Positions 46,471-58,710 of a stretch of 64,000 bases of DNA are shown here, one piece after another. The stretch lies in NCBI GenBank assembly GCA_964270895.1, contig OZ185443.1; one strand, 5' to 3'. The notes under the pieces are model-generated. The model was given only the letters and a program-made list of their open reading frames with translations, was not told the origin of the DNA and searched no databases. Position 1 is the stretch's first letter; each line of letters starts with the position of its first letter. Source of the stretch: Podarcis filfolensis. Taxonomy: Eukaryota. The translations under genes and the position numbers were made by a program.

Positions 46471-48585
46471 TACAAGAGCCAGCACGGCACAGAAATTTTG
46501 CAAGGGCTCTGGAAATTCAGTGCAAATGGTTCTGCCCTAATTTTCTCCTTAGTCCATTCTGCAACTGCAGAAGTGGTAGGGTTGCCAGATCTTTGCAGGT
46601 GAGGCCACCTGAAGATGCCTATGCAATTATAATTACCCATGCTGCTATCATAGTTTGAAAGGAAGGATCAGGCTGCTAAGGGTACAACTGATAAAAAGCC
46701 TTTGGGGTGCATTTCCCAGTACCTATGCATTCAATGCTAATACATGCATTCTATTAAAGGTGTTAGTCTTAGTCAAGAAAAATGAGCAGAAGTAGCAGTG
46801 TTAAGCTTTATATCAAACAGAATGTGTAGAACATCTCCTGATAGTGAAAATAAGGACAAACACTGACAGCAATATTATAATAACTAAATATCGTCAGATT
46901 ATTATAGCAGAGTGGGCAGTCATAGGGGAAACAGTGTTTTGCATTCCCGTCTTCCAAAACAGTTCACTGCAGGTAATTTTAATGGGGTTGTTAATAACCT
47001 GGCACAGGTCCCAGCCAGATGTAGCACATTTATACCCTGTCCTTACAGCTATGTCGGAACTGTTGACATTGCATGTCAGTAATGGAAAATTGCCACTGCA
47101 CCAAACAAACATCTTCATTATATGGAATCACATTGTTAATCTACAGCCAAATGCAACTTGAGGCGGAAAGAGAGTTTAGATTGCACCCATCTGTATACTA
47201 TCACTCCGGGTGGCAGGTCGTTCTTCAGAATTAGAGATTGAATCAGTCTTTCCATCATCAATAAACCCTGCTCCACAACGAGTGCCTGTCAATCCAATAT
47301 TTTACTTTCAGCACCATGAGGACCGCACAGAATGGTAATGAAATTTAGCTGTTAGATATGTACCACAGGGAACTATCTCAAAGAGAACTGAAAGGAATCA
47401 GAGAGTGTATGGCATTCAGTGTCTGCAAATAACTTCATTTCAGACAGAAGCCCATCTCTTTGATCTGCTTAAGAAAACTTATGTGCTAGGTACAAATGGA
47501 GCTGAATACTGAGCTTTACAATTTCGTACAAAATTAATTATTATTTGGAAAGCATTTTTCACTTGCATTAAAAAGAGGAAAGGAGGAAAGATACAGAGAT
47601 TCTTCCTATTCCTATCTTTTTGATGACAATATCCTCATTTCTAGATTGCATATATGACCTTTAATAAAGTCATTCAATTTCAGTTAAGATGGCCTCCAAA
47701 CCTAACTTTGGGACATAAGAGAGCTACATAAAGAAACTAAGTAGAATTTCCCCGTTCTTGTTGGGATTGGGTCAATAGATGTATCTTTGAATTTTCAGGG
47801 TCTTCCAACTATTGTCCTTGAAAATAACCAGGTCACATATAGTTCTACATTCCAAGTGTTTGTGAATGATGTAGGCTGAACTTGTATATTGATCTATTCA
47901 AGAATGTTGTTGTGTACTTACAATGTGCTGTTCCTGTAAATCTTTGAAAACCTACTTTTAGCCCAGACAGAATTCTGCTACCTGTTTCCTTCCATTCTTT
48001 ACTTACAACAACAAAAACAACAAAAAGCTAAAGCTGGCAACTCTGTTCCCCATCCTTTCTCTGCTTTTTGTGCTATTTGAAGCATTATGCCTCGTAATTT
48101 GTTTCAAAACCTGGAATCCTTCAACACCATTTCCAGTGTAGACAGGACAGGGACATGAGAATGATCTTTCAAATCAAATGTGCCATACTCGGTTATTGTA
48201 TTGCCTCTGACAAATTAAATATAATCCAGATTATATCATACATGGCGCTACAAGAAAAGAGGTAGTGCAAGAGGCACATTTCAGATATGACCATAGAACA
48301 TATTTAGTTAAATAAACCCAAGTAGCACAAGCAAGCTGTTTCATTCAGTAAGAAAAGGATAAAAATGATTACCAGAGCTACTAGTCAATTAGAGCTGAAC
48401 TAGATATCACAAGAAACACAGGGCTGCTTTCTCTCTCCCTCTCTCTTTCTCCTTGTTATATAGCATGACAATGCATGAGATGACATCAGTGTGATGTATC
48501 TTTTCCCGTACCCATTATGACAGCCAATTATGTGAGGTAGGGAACTGGAAACATAAAATTCAATGATATCACGTAATATGCTGTT

Positions 48586-48700
48586 CCATAAGAACATAAG
48601 AAGAGTCAACCTGCTAAGAAATCAAGCATCCTTTTGCTAAGAGTAGCCACCTGGATGCTTCCAGAAGCTCAGAAACATGGCATGACAGGTGTAGACTTCT
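48586..48700 (-). mobile_element. CR1-type tail remnant
   Basis: cataagaacataagaagag tail followed by a worn 3' UTR. Confidence 0.5.
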
Positions 48701-49215
48701 CACATCTTTGTACCTTTGCACATGAAGGCTCCCTTTGGATATCAATGGTTAATAGATATGGACTGAGCAGATGGTCCTATTCCATTTCAGATGACACTCA
48801 ATCATATCCTGTCGTATGCATTTTGAATTTTAAAACCACAATTTTCCTGCAAAATAACCCATTCTCATGATTTTTAGTGCATCTCCCATCCCTAATAAGT
48901 ACTATCATTTGTCCTAAATCTACTTCCAATCAACTTCATTCAACGATCCAGAAATTATAAGGGAGGGGAGAAATCTTGATCCAATGCTGCACACCATTCT
49001 TAATTTTAGAAAAGCCTAGCCTGCCCCCTTCCTTTTAGTCATCATTTAAAATTCATTAAAGGCCCCAATGCTTTGGCCTTTCTTCATACAGAAAGAGTCA
49101 AAGCCTCTTTATATTTTCCTATACCTTTTTCCAGTTCTACAACACACCCTTTGAGACTGGGAAACCAGATCTGTACATTTGTTTGTTATATTTATACCCT
49201 TCTATTTATTCAGGA

Positions 49216-49533
49216 TTGTTGTTGTTGTTTAGCCATTTAGTCGTGTCCGACTCTTCGTGACCCCATGGACCAGAGCACGCCAGGCACTCCTGTCTTCCAC
49301 TGCCTCCCGCAGTTTGGTCAAATTCATGCTGGTAGCTTCGAGAACACTGTCCAACCATCTCGTCCTCTGTCATCCCCTTCTCCTTGTGCCCTCCATCTTT
49401 CCCAACATCAGGGTCTTTTCCAGGGAGTCTTCTCTTCTCGTGAGGTGGCCAGAGTATTGGAGCCTCAGCTTCAAGATCTGTCCTTCCAGTGAGCACTCAG
49501 GGCTGATTTCCTTAAGAATGGAGAGGTTTGATC
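49216..49533 (-). mobile_element. Bov-B 3' fragment
   Basis: Closely matches 1831-2135 and carries a (CAA)n tail. Confidence 0.95.
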
Positions 49534-51405
49534 CCAACTATTAGTTCTCCATCAATTTATGGGGGGTGAGGAGACACTTGAAAATTATTAAAGGGGATTT
49601 AAAAACAAAACCAAACCAGATATTTGGGTTATTGCAATACAATACATAATGCAATACAATAAAAAAGAACTAACCTAAACAAAAATAAAAACAGGTAGAT
49701 CTCACACAGAAAGAGATGGACTCTCCCAATTCTCACCTGTGAGCTTCACTTTCTTCTCCCAGCCTCCCCACCTTGTGTGTTCTTCCCTTCATTGCCTCTC
49801 ACACAGGTTCATTTACCACCCACCCACCCATCTATCCATCAGTTTCAGGGGGTCTGTGGTGCTTACCTTACTTTCTAGTTGGCCAAAGGATATTTACAAG
49901 TGTCTTTTCTTTCACTCTGCATATATTTCTTTACTGGTCTGAACTCTGCAGCTTTCCTGGATGCCTGTGTTTCCTGAAGTCCCCACGAGTCCCTGAGTTG
50001 GACCTTCCTGTAAAGTCCCTCAGTTGGACCTTCCCGCCAACACCTAGAATTCACATGGATGAGGATGGACAACAACCAGTCCCATTGCATTCTAGCAGCA
50101 TTCTAGGAGGAAAAATGTTTCAGAACGAGATGAAAAAGTATGCCCCTGTGATGTGCCCTATTAGAGGTAGTTGCCCACATTGGAAGGAGATAAGTTATAG
50201 GAGCAACTGAACACATTGCAGGTCAGTTTAAAGAAAGCTGTATCATAACAATGTGGTTGTCCTGTATGTGAGATGGAAAGGCGGTCTTCCTAGAGACATG
50301 TATTGTTGGCAGAATACACATAATAGTAAAATAATAAACAGTGGGGGAAATTGTGTTGTGCTTTTGATCTCAGATGGTTCAAAATACCAGAGAATGCATA
50401 GGTGAGATCTTGTAGGACTACTTGATCAAGCATGGTAATAAATGAAAATAAAAAGTATACATTGGTTTGGGGCTGATCCAAGAAGATGGTCCAGGACAGA
50501 GCATTGACTGCATCACCAAAGATGAGCAGTCCCTGAGAAATGGTTGAAGAGCCATATGTCATCATAAACAGATAACATCAGCACTACCTTGATTGCAAGA
50601 GGAGAACTAAAGAGTTAATTGGGTACCTTTTGCTTCTACATTTTCTTTCCCTTTTTGCTGGTGGTGATATTGAGCCATTTCTAGTACAATCTGCTGACCA
50701 AACAGAAAAGCAAAGAGTACATACAGAGCCATGATTTCTACTACTGTATAAGTAAATGTCAGCCTTGTTACATGAATTCAGTGATTTTCTTAATGAAAAC
50801 GTCAGCATAACCCTGGCATTTTCCTTTTTCATTTAATTTTTGTACTCTCTTTTCATCTGTTAGCTGACCTTTGCATGCACTTGGTAGTTTGCCTAGGGTG
50901 CTGTCACACCTCCAATGGTATTCTGTAATGATAGTCATTTGCTGCCAGATTCAGACAGGGCTTCAGATAAATTGTCTGAGGACACAGTTCTACAGAGAAC
51001 TCATATGTGTGTTGGGACCAATGTGAGATGATTAGAGAATGTGCAGGGAAATGGTCACTTTGCACTGGACATTGCATAGAATGGGATGGTATGCAGGAAA
51101 TTGTGTACATTTCTTGGTCAATAAGTGTGCCCTCTAAGTCATGCTAGGCAACATCAGTTTTAGAGACGTTGCCTAATGAAGGTCCAACTGTAGAATACAT
51201 GGACTTAGTGAGAAATGTATCAAATAGATGATTGGATAGTCTGCATATTCCCTGAAGTCACATGGAGACTGAACTATTACCAAATAAACAAAATCCCCAT
51301 TGGAGCAGCTCTTTTGTATCAATTTGCCTCAATGTCTGTTCTAGTGAATGTATAGAAAGGCCATCTTTTCCTGCACATGTTGTGTTGAATTCAAACAAGC
51401 ATTCA

Positions 51406-51411
<6 letters not shown>

Positions 51412-51447
<36 letters not shown>
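51412..51447. repeat. (CA)n microsatellite
   Basis: Direct reading. Confidence 0.98.
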
Positions 51448-51449
<2 letters not shown>

Positions 51450-51484
51450 TAAATACCCCTTTAATGGAAGACAAGACATACCTA

Positions 51485-51780
51485 AACATATTACACTGAT
51501 CCTGGCCTGACTGCACTGACTGCCAATTAGCTTTGGAGCCCATTCAAAGTACTGGTTTTGACCTATAAATGGCCCAGGACCACAATACCTCAAGGACCAC
51601 CTTGCCCCATATAAACCAACCCAGACTCTCTGTGCATCATCTGAAGCCCTTCTTTTTGTGCCTCCTCCACATGAACAAAGTGTGGCAACGCAAGAACAGG
51701 CTTTTTCTGCAGTGGCTCCCTGTTTGTGGAATGCTCTCCACAGGGAAATTTGTCTGGCGCCTTCATGATAATTCTTTAGT
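51485..51780 (+). mobile_element. L2 fragment
   Basis: catattacactgatcctgg...ttcaaagtactggttttgacctataaa...gcagtggctccctgtttgtggaatgctctcc is homologous to the end of the 31974-32963 ORF. Confidence 0.8.
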
Positions 51781-51784
51781 CACC

Positions 51785-52150
51785 GTGGGGGCTATTGCAT
51801 GGACAGCTGCATGGACAGGTGGGATTAAAATTGGCCACAACTTTATTAAGTTTCAGATGTAGGGAAACCTTGGCTCAGGCACTGGGCGATTATCCTTCCC
51901 AGTCCCCAGCCAGGGATCTGGGAGACTTCAGGGTTATCCATAATGTGTGGGGGTTGGGCTGGCTCTGGAGAACATATGTTCAAGCAGAGAGCCTGCCCCC
52001 CGTTTCGCTGCTGTTGGAGGGGAGAGCAGTGACAACATCTCGGTGTATGGCCAATGCCTCCCCTCAAGACCCCTTTAACAGGGAACCCTGGTATCACCGC
52101 CGCAAGGGGGGCATGGGTCACAGCTTCACGCCCCCTCCCCATTTTAGGAA
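51785..52150 (-). mobile_element. Ngaro/DIRS-like terminal repeat relic
   Basis: ggccacaactttatt at 51833-51847, and tggccaatgcctcccctca similar to 7071-7089. Confidence 0.5.
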
Positions 52151-52676
52151 GATAGACTAAAGGATTCTGCCCAAGGTGGAATGGGTGAAGCATTCAAGTC
52201 ATCCAGGAACGACAATTCCTAAGGAACACGACAGAAATATTGGTCACGTTCTAACTATTTACAAAGTTAGTAGTGTAGAATTGCCAACTAGGGGACATAG
52301 TGGATTAGTTTAGGAAGATGTCAACCTTAGCCCTGACAGACTGGAGGGCCTCCAGATCAGTAGTCTTATTTATCTCTATCTGACACTTCCTTACCTAGTT
52401 TCAACCCCCCCTCAGGCTTTTTATCAGAATGGAAAGCTTGAGACCTGTCCATTAAAAAAAAGAAACCTCATGGTTTTCTCAGAGGTTCTCTCCCCCCCCC
52501 CCCAGGTTTTTAGCAGGTTGACTGTCACTTAGTCGAAAAAGATCTTGCTCCTGTCAACCCAGACTACGTTGAAATAGTCTAAGATGCTGCCACTGGGGCA
52601 AGACAGGGTTGAGAAATATTGAGAGCATAGTACTTTTGAACATTAAAGGTTTTCATAAGGTTCCTCCGATGTAACA
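52150..52676 (-). mobile_element. Possible LTR-like remnant
   Basis: Composition resembles 43700-44553 and it ends tgtaaca. No TSD was found. Confidence 0.3.
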
Positions 52677-53454
52677 CACTGTCAGAAAGGCCTGAATTTC
52701 AGCATGCCAAAACTCTGACTTGTAATATCAACTCTCTCCCTGGTGAAAGTTGCAATTCAGGTAAAGCTAATGCTTCAAATTACACAAAGAGTTAAATGCA
52801 GCAGAACATTGACCTATTTGAAAAGAAGACTGATCTGTTATTAAAATCTTTTTTTTCCTACGTAGCACAACAAAACATGTTTAATAAAACAACTAGGTTA
52901 TACATTTGACAGGTTTCTCCTGTATCACAACCCTATTATAGTTCTCGGCTCTTTACCTGTAACACCTGTAATCAGGTTTTTTTCTATCCCCTTCTTCATG
53001 AAATCACGGATCAAAGTCAGTTGAAATATGGCATATGGAAAGGTGTTCAACAAAATAAGTAGGCTAAAGTAATTAAAGATTTAAATGCCTATTTTCACTT
53101 TTATACAAATGACACATTTCAGAGCACGAGGCAAAATACAGTGTGCTGGACTTGGGTTCATACAGTATATTTGGATTCATATCTCTATTCAGTCATAAAG
53201 CTTACAGTCAGGGGTGGGTGGAAATGTAACTAAATTGTTAAGCTGGTAGATAAAAATCCATGTGCAAAATTATCGGAAGAAGACTGGAATTGAATACAAA
53301 TGTAACATTTCTTTTTCTTTTTCTTCTTTATCTTCTTCTTCTAGACCTTAAACCCAAAGGAACCCAGGCAGTGCACAAATAAATGAACTGAAAGTATAAA
53401 TGGGTTGTAATTGCATTGTGTGCCAATCTGCAGTACATCAAATCAATATTTACT

Positions 53455-53545
53455 GCCAAGTCTGGGAGATACCCTGCTGGAAACCCTGGAGAGCTGTTGC
53501 CAGTCAGTGCAGACGATATGAGCTAGATGCTTTCTATGTTCCATT
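53455..53545 (+). mobile_element. Squam2-like SINE fragment with internal deletion
   Basis: gaaaccctggagagctgttgccagtcagtgcagac...gagctagatg is joined directly to ctttctatgttcc. Confidence 0.65.
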
Positions 53546-53892
53546 TAAAAGCATCCCCCCTAACAGGCTATAGCAAGCAGATTTCCAAAAGATGCTTAAC
53601 ACGAGGGACAAACATTCAATACTCCACATGATTGCATAATTTACAACACTGAGATAATAACTGCTCTCAAATATCATGTTTCAGAATGAAAAGTCCACCA
53701 TGTTACAATGCTTTGGAATAATGGTTAAATATAATTAAGATTCCCTTCTCCCTAGTATGCTGCTTAATTTCTGTCTAATCCTTCGAAACGTTTGCACTCG
53801 AAGTACCTGCTCCCTTGCAGCCTATAGGTTGTGAGGTGTTCTATAGGTTGTTTTAGCATAGCAGAGAAGCTAAGTATGCCAATATAATTGCC

Positions 53893-53965
53893 TTGTGAAC
53901 CGCCCTGAGACCTCCAGGCATAGAGCGGTATATAAATTTAATTAATAATCATAATCATAATAATA
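53893..53965 (+). mobile_element. L2 extreme 3' end
   Basis: gtgaaccgccctgagacc...gcggtatataaatt followed by an AAT-rich tail. Confidence 0.7.
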
Positions 53966-55012
53966 CATAATATTACTTTAAGGGGGAAATGAATTCAAAT
54001 GGCAACCTGAATTTTATGGGTTTAGTTTTTGATTTGATTTGTTTTACTATTTATAACCACAAATAAATTATGTGGTCCATGTCTCCTTCAATCTCCACTC
54101 ATTTTTTTCCCTTTAATATCCATTTAGATCACTGTACTTAAGAGTCCATTATTCACAAAATTGTACTAAATCAAGCCAGATGATTTTTTTTCCTCCTCAG
54201 AAAGAAACTTCATTAGTTTTGTTCAAAACAAACCTTTTGGTAATAATTAGAAAATTCCAGTGCCATTTGTAAATGGCAGTGTTTTGTGAAAATTGTAAGT
54301 CCTAATCTGTGGTTACCTTAGGGGATTGTTCTGTAAAAGAAATGTTGATAGGATTGAGTATAACTCAAGAGAAGTGATTGACTTAAGTTGAAGGTTACAA
54401 TCCTGCACACAGTTAGGCTGCTTGCATCAACAAAACTCTTAGAGTGAAATGTGGAGTACAGTTTCAAAGAGCAATTTATAAAACAACGCATAGATTTTTT
54501 TGTTCTGTATTGATGTTTAGCATCATATTCACCAAGGAAGAGTAATCAGCTTCAAGTGATGCAGTTCAGTTTTTTTATCACAAACACAGCTCCTTCCCCT
54601 TGTATTTTGTGTACATATAAACACTGTCCTACGAAATCTGCCTGTTCATCTGTCAAACATTGCCTATTTGTCAAGGACTTGTGAATCACACTTGAGTAGA
54701 AAGCCTCAAGTATTTGAATGAACTCTTCAATGAACTGTTCCCAACTTCTTCAGAGAAATAATTGCTTCTTAGGTTCAACCACTATGAACATACAAGTGGG
54801 ATCTACAAATATATTGGCATGTGAAATGCTCCTGTAGCACTCAAGTTGGCGAAGGACTTAAGCTGGCATATCGCTGGCTCAAGCAGGTGAGGTCTTACAC
54901 TGACATAATTCTCAGCTGAACCCTGGCTCAACTGGGGAAGCCTAAGGTCTGCGGAAACCAATCCCTCTCATCATGGCCAATCTTGAGTTTGGATTGCACT
55001 GTAAGCCTCCAA

Positions 55013-55013
<1 letters not shown>

Positions 55014-55043
<30 letters not shown>
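55014..55043. repeat. (CA)n microsatellite
   Basis: Direct reading. Confidence 0.98.
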
Positions 55044-55044
<1 letters not shown>

Positions 55045-57747
55045 CTATCCAGGCAACCAAGGGTCATTATCACAGTTCAAGGACACATTCCAGCCAGGCA
55101 AAAGCAATTTAACAGGGAAAGAGGCTTAGTGAATGCCTTAAGGGCCAAAAAGAGTGACCTGGGGGCCACATTCAGTTCCCCATCCCTGAACATGAGATTC
55201 CTCACCCCTTAACTTATATTTAAATGTGTCAGCCGTAGAAATAAGACGGTAAACAAGTGAAGAAAGAAAAATTGAAATTTGAGGGGAAAGAGAGGGAGAG
55301 ATTAAGGCTGAAATTTTGCGGTTCCTGGGAGGGGTGTCTCAGGGTCCATAACATGGTGTGGGTTTTCGGCTCCATGAGCACAGTGAGAGGTCTGTCACCA
55401 GAAGTCCTTTCCCAGGCAGTACAGAAAGGATTGATACAATTGCTTACCAGTGTGAGTTCTTTGATGGCAGAAGGTTATGTTCATTGTGGAATGTGACCTA
55501 CTAGATCTGAAACCCTTCAGTTCCTCTGACAAACACCTGCTGGGGGTGGGGAGATACACTAGCCTCGAGGTTACCTTGTTTTCACTCTCATTGTCCCCAA
55601 TGAGGTGGAAAATGCATTTATTTAAAAATCTGAACAAAGGAAGAAAATAGAAAAATCACACACACGCGATTGCTCTGCCCAGTTAATACAATAAAGTAAA
55701 CCACCTTCAACATAGTGAGATTTACTTCTTCATAAACAAACATGGGATTGAATTGTTAGGCTCAACTTGTGTACCAGGGAATAAATCCCATGAATTCAGT
55801 AGATTTATTTCCAAATAAATGTTTTCAGGATCAGGGAGTAGGTAACCTATTTTATCACTTTTCCTGTTCCATAAAATTCTCCAGTCTCTGTATAGTTTTT
55901 CCTATTAGTTTAGATCTTGAAAACAGTAAAATATTCACAGAGAAATATATGAGATGTTAAGCTTTCCAAGATACATGATTAGTCTGCATTATGAGAAAAG
56001 CCAAAAGATAAATTATTATGACAATCTTTGGACTTTATTCATACGATAAATTTGCACTAATCTAAAATCTCTGTCCTGATTGTCCTACACACTGGGCACA
56101 GTCAATGCCGAGATGATGAACAAACCATTTGAGTTGCTCACCATAATCACAAACTGATTTTGTACCCATCACAAATCTGTGTGCTGGTGTACAAAGTTGC
56201 AATCTGTGGCTTTGGCTTGATTCAGTCAACCCCATTGTATCACAACCACTGTGTAAAAAATTGCAGAATCTATTTATAAATTTATTTTAAGCCATATTTG
56301 GTTATCTGGCTGAGATGCCATTCAAAATGTATTAATTAATTTGTCACCAGCAAAAGTTGGGTCAGATAGGTAATGAGTATCTCCCTGATAAAGTAGTTTT
56401 TTAAAAAAGCTATTAGCATATATAAACAAAATATACATTTTTGTAATATTTATAATATTATGGAGAACAGAAGGAGAAATTAAGCTATGCATCTCCCAAG
56501 AAGGAGATCAAAGATAAATGGTGGCAAAGTATACAATAAGGAATTATACAAAGCCAGTAAATGGCTGGCATATTTGTCCAGATGGCCTCTTCATGTTATA
56601 AAAATTCTTATTCTTAAGACCATATGTCCATACTAGATATCTGCATCATTTGCAAGAGCAATTAAATCAGCAGTTAGTTCATGTAAAATGTTTCACAATG
56701 GTTGTGGGGGTCGGGGAGGAAGAAGTATCACTAGTAATTGGCCACATATGTATAAATAGCTTGTGTCAGTGTGGTTAACATGTAGCACTACTTGTTAACT
56801 TGTCAAATGGCAAAAGAGTTGTAATCCAGGGCAAAGATCAGTGGGAACTGCTCCCAAATTGCGGACTGTGTTTCACACAATCAATTACAATAAATTGGGC
56901 ATTCACTGGAGAACCTTCCAATCTATTGTGTTCAGGAAAGTGATGGAGTCATGGAATTGACCAGGTGGTCAGGTGGGAACTCTGTCTTAAGCAGTTTCAT
57001 TAGAAGTCCTGGGATTTAAAGGTTTCAGGCAAAAATAAATAATCTTAGGTGTTCAGCAACCTTTAGCAAAAGCATCACTATACAAACTTACAATGTGTTC
57101 AGATTAATACCTGTACTTACAGAACTGGGCACTTAATAAAAGTTGAAATGTGGAATGTGCAGAACTTGTCCTCCCCGCCCCCCGCCGCCCCCAAGATCTT
57201 CCTGCTGCCATACCCAACAGTGCAATATATCCATAGCGTACCTGTGGATTTGTCAGATACCAGCAGATTTTCTGATTGACTTTTGCATGTGCAAGCATCT
57301 TTATATTTCCCCGTGAAATTGCTGATTTCCACCCTTTCTTCCCTTGCTCACTTGTGTAACAGTTTCTGCAAATAGCCAGCGATCCTGAAAAGTTCAGAGC
57401 TAATTCTATATAAACTAGTCCTGGGTAAAGGCTGAAAGGAACAGGTCTCGGTATCAAATGCAGGAAATATGGAGAAGCACCTTCCATTCACAAGGGGTTT
57501 GGAAGCTGTCACCCTTACATATCCAATGGGATTTACACAAATCAGATCTTCAGTTCCACAGTGTTATTTGGGGAGGCAGTTGAAGGGAGGAGTACGTGAT
57601 AAAAAAGACTAATTTGTGGATTCAATAACTGTTGAAATCTAACCAGGATTGAAATTCCTAGAATAGCCAGGCTAGCTTCCTTGTGAGATCATGCGCCACT
57701 GAGGTAACAAAGGAAGTGATTCTATGCTAGATTGTAAATGGCTGGGG

Positions 57748-58170
57748 GTTGTTGTTGTTGTTGTTTAGTCGTGTCCGACTCTTCGTGACCCCATGGACCA
57801 GAGCACACCAGGCACTCCTGTCTTCTACTGCCTCCCGCAGTTTGGTCAAACTCATGTTAGTAGCTTCAAGAACACTATCCAACCATCTCATCCTCTGTCG
57901 TCCCCTTCTCCTTGTGCCCTCAATCTTTCCCAACACCAGGGTCTTTTCCAGGGAGTCTTCTCTTCTCATGAGGTGGCCAAAGTATTGGAGCCTCAGCTTC
58001 AGAATCTGTCCTTCCAGTGAGAACTCAGGGCTGATTTCCTTAAGAATGGATAGGTTTGATCTTCTTGCAGTCCATGGGACTCTCAAGAGTCTCCTCCAGC
58101 ACCATAATTCAAAAGCATCAATTCTTCGGCGATCAGCCTTCTTTATGGTCCAGCTCTCACTTCCATACAT
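57748..58170 (-). mobile_element. Bov-B 3' fragment
   Basis: ORF 57727-58191 contains MYGSESWTIKKADRRRIDAFELWCWRR, and there is a (CAA)n tail. Confidence 0.96.
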
Positions 58171-58338
58171 TCTTCTTCCATTCTCCTTCATGGATCACTG
58201 TCTTGTCATGGCAAAGGGGCTTGAATAACTCAGAGAAGCTATGAGCTATGTCGTGCAGGGCCACCCAAGACGGAAAGGTCATAGTGGAGCAGGAACTGGC
58301 AAGCCACTCCAGTATCCCTGCCAAGAAAACTCCATGGA
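58171..58338 (+). mobile_element. Bov-B 5' region in opposite orientation
   Basis: catggatcactgtcttgtcatggcaaaggggcttgaataactc...ggagcaggaactggcaagccactccagtatccctgccaagaaaactccatgga. The last part resembles the 5' half of the ruminant Bov-A unit. Confidence 0.75.
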
Positions 58339-58710
58339 AAATTGGGTGGGGGGGGGCCTCCCTCAATTCCCTGGAGTTAAAAAGCCAGCATTGAGGGTTG
58401 AGTGATGTGAGCTAAAAGCTAGAAGCTGGGAGCAGCAGGATGGGAAGCCAGAGAGACAAAACATACTTGATCTCTGTTTGCATCCAAGGCTGTGGTTATG
58501 GTAGAAGCAAGACTCTTTCAGTGTTAATGCTCTGAACCCAGCCCCCACCCCCATCATGGGCTCAGGTTGTACAAATATGTAAATAAACCATGTAGCATAA
58601 AGACACCCCAATCCCTGTGGTACAACATTCCAAAGGAAACACAAGCCCTGGGTAAGCACTTGGAACCCCTGGAATTTTTCACCACTTGAAGATGTGGGTG
58701 GCGTGCCACA
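58339..58710 (+). mobile_element. LTR-like repeat, probably the host of the Bov-B insertion (left part about 57630-57747)
   Basis: TATA-like gttaaaaagcc followed by tgtaaataaacc. Ends are not resolved. Confidence 0.35.

Noticed and set aside
49988-50035. Short direct repeat agtccct(g/c)agttggaccttcc, two copies
   Set aside because: An ordinary local slippage duplication. Similar ones occur at about 24330-24375.
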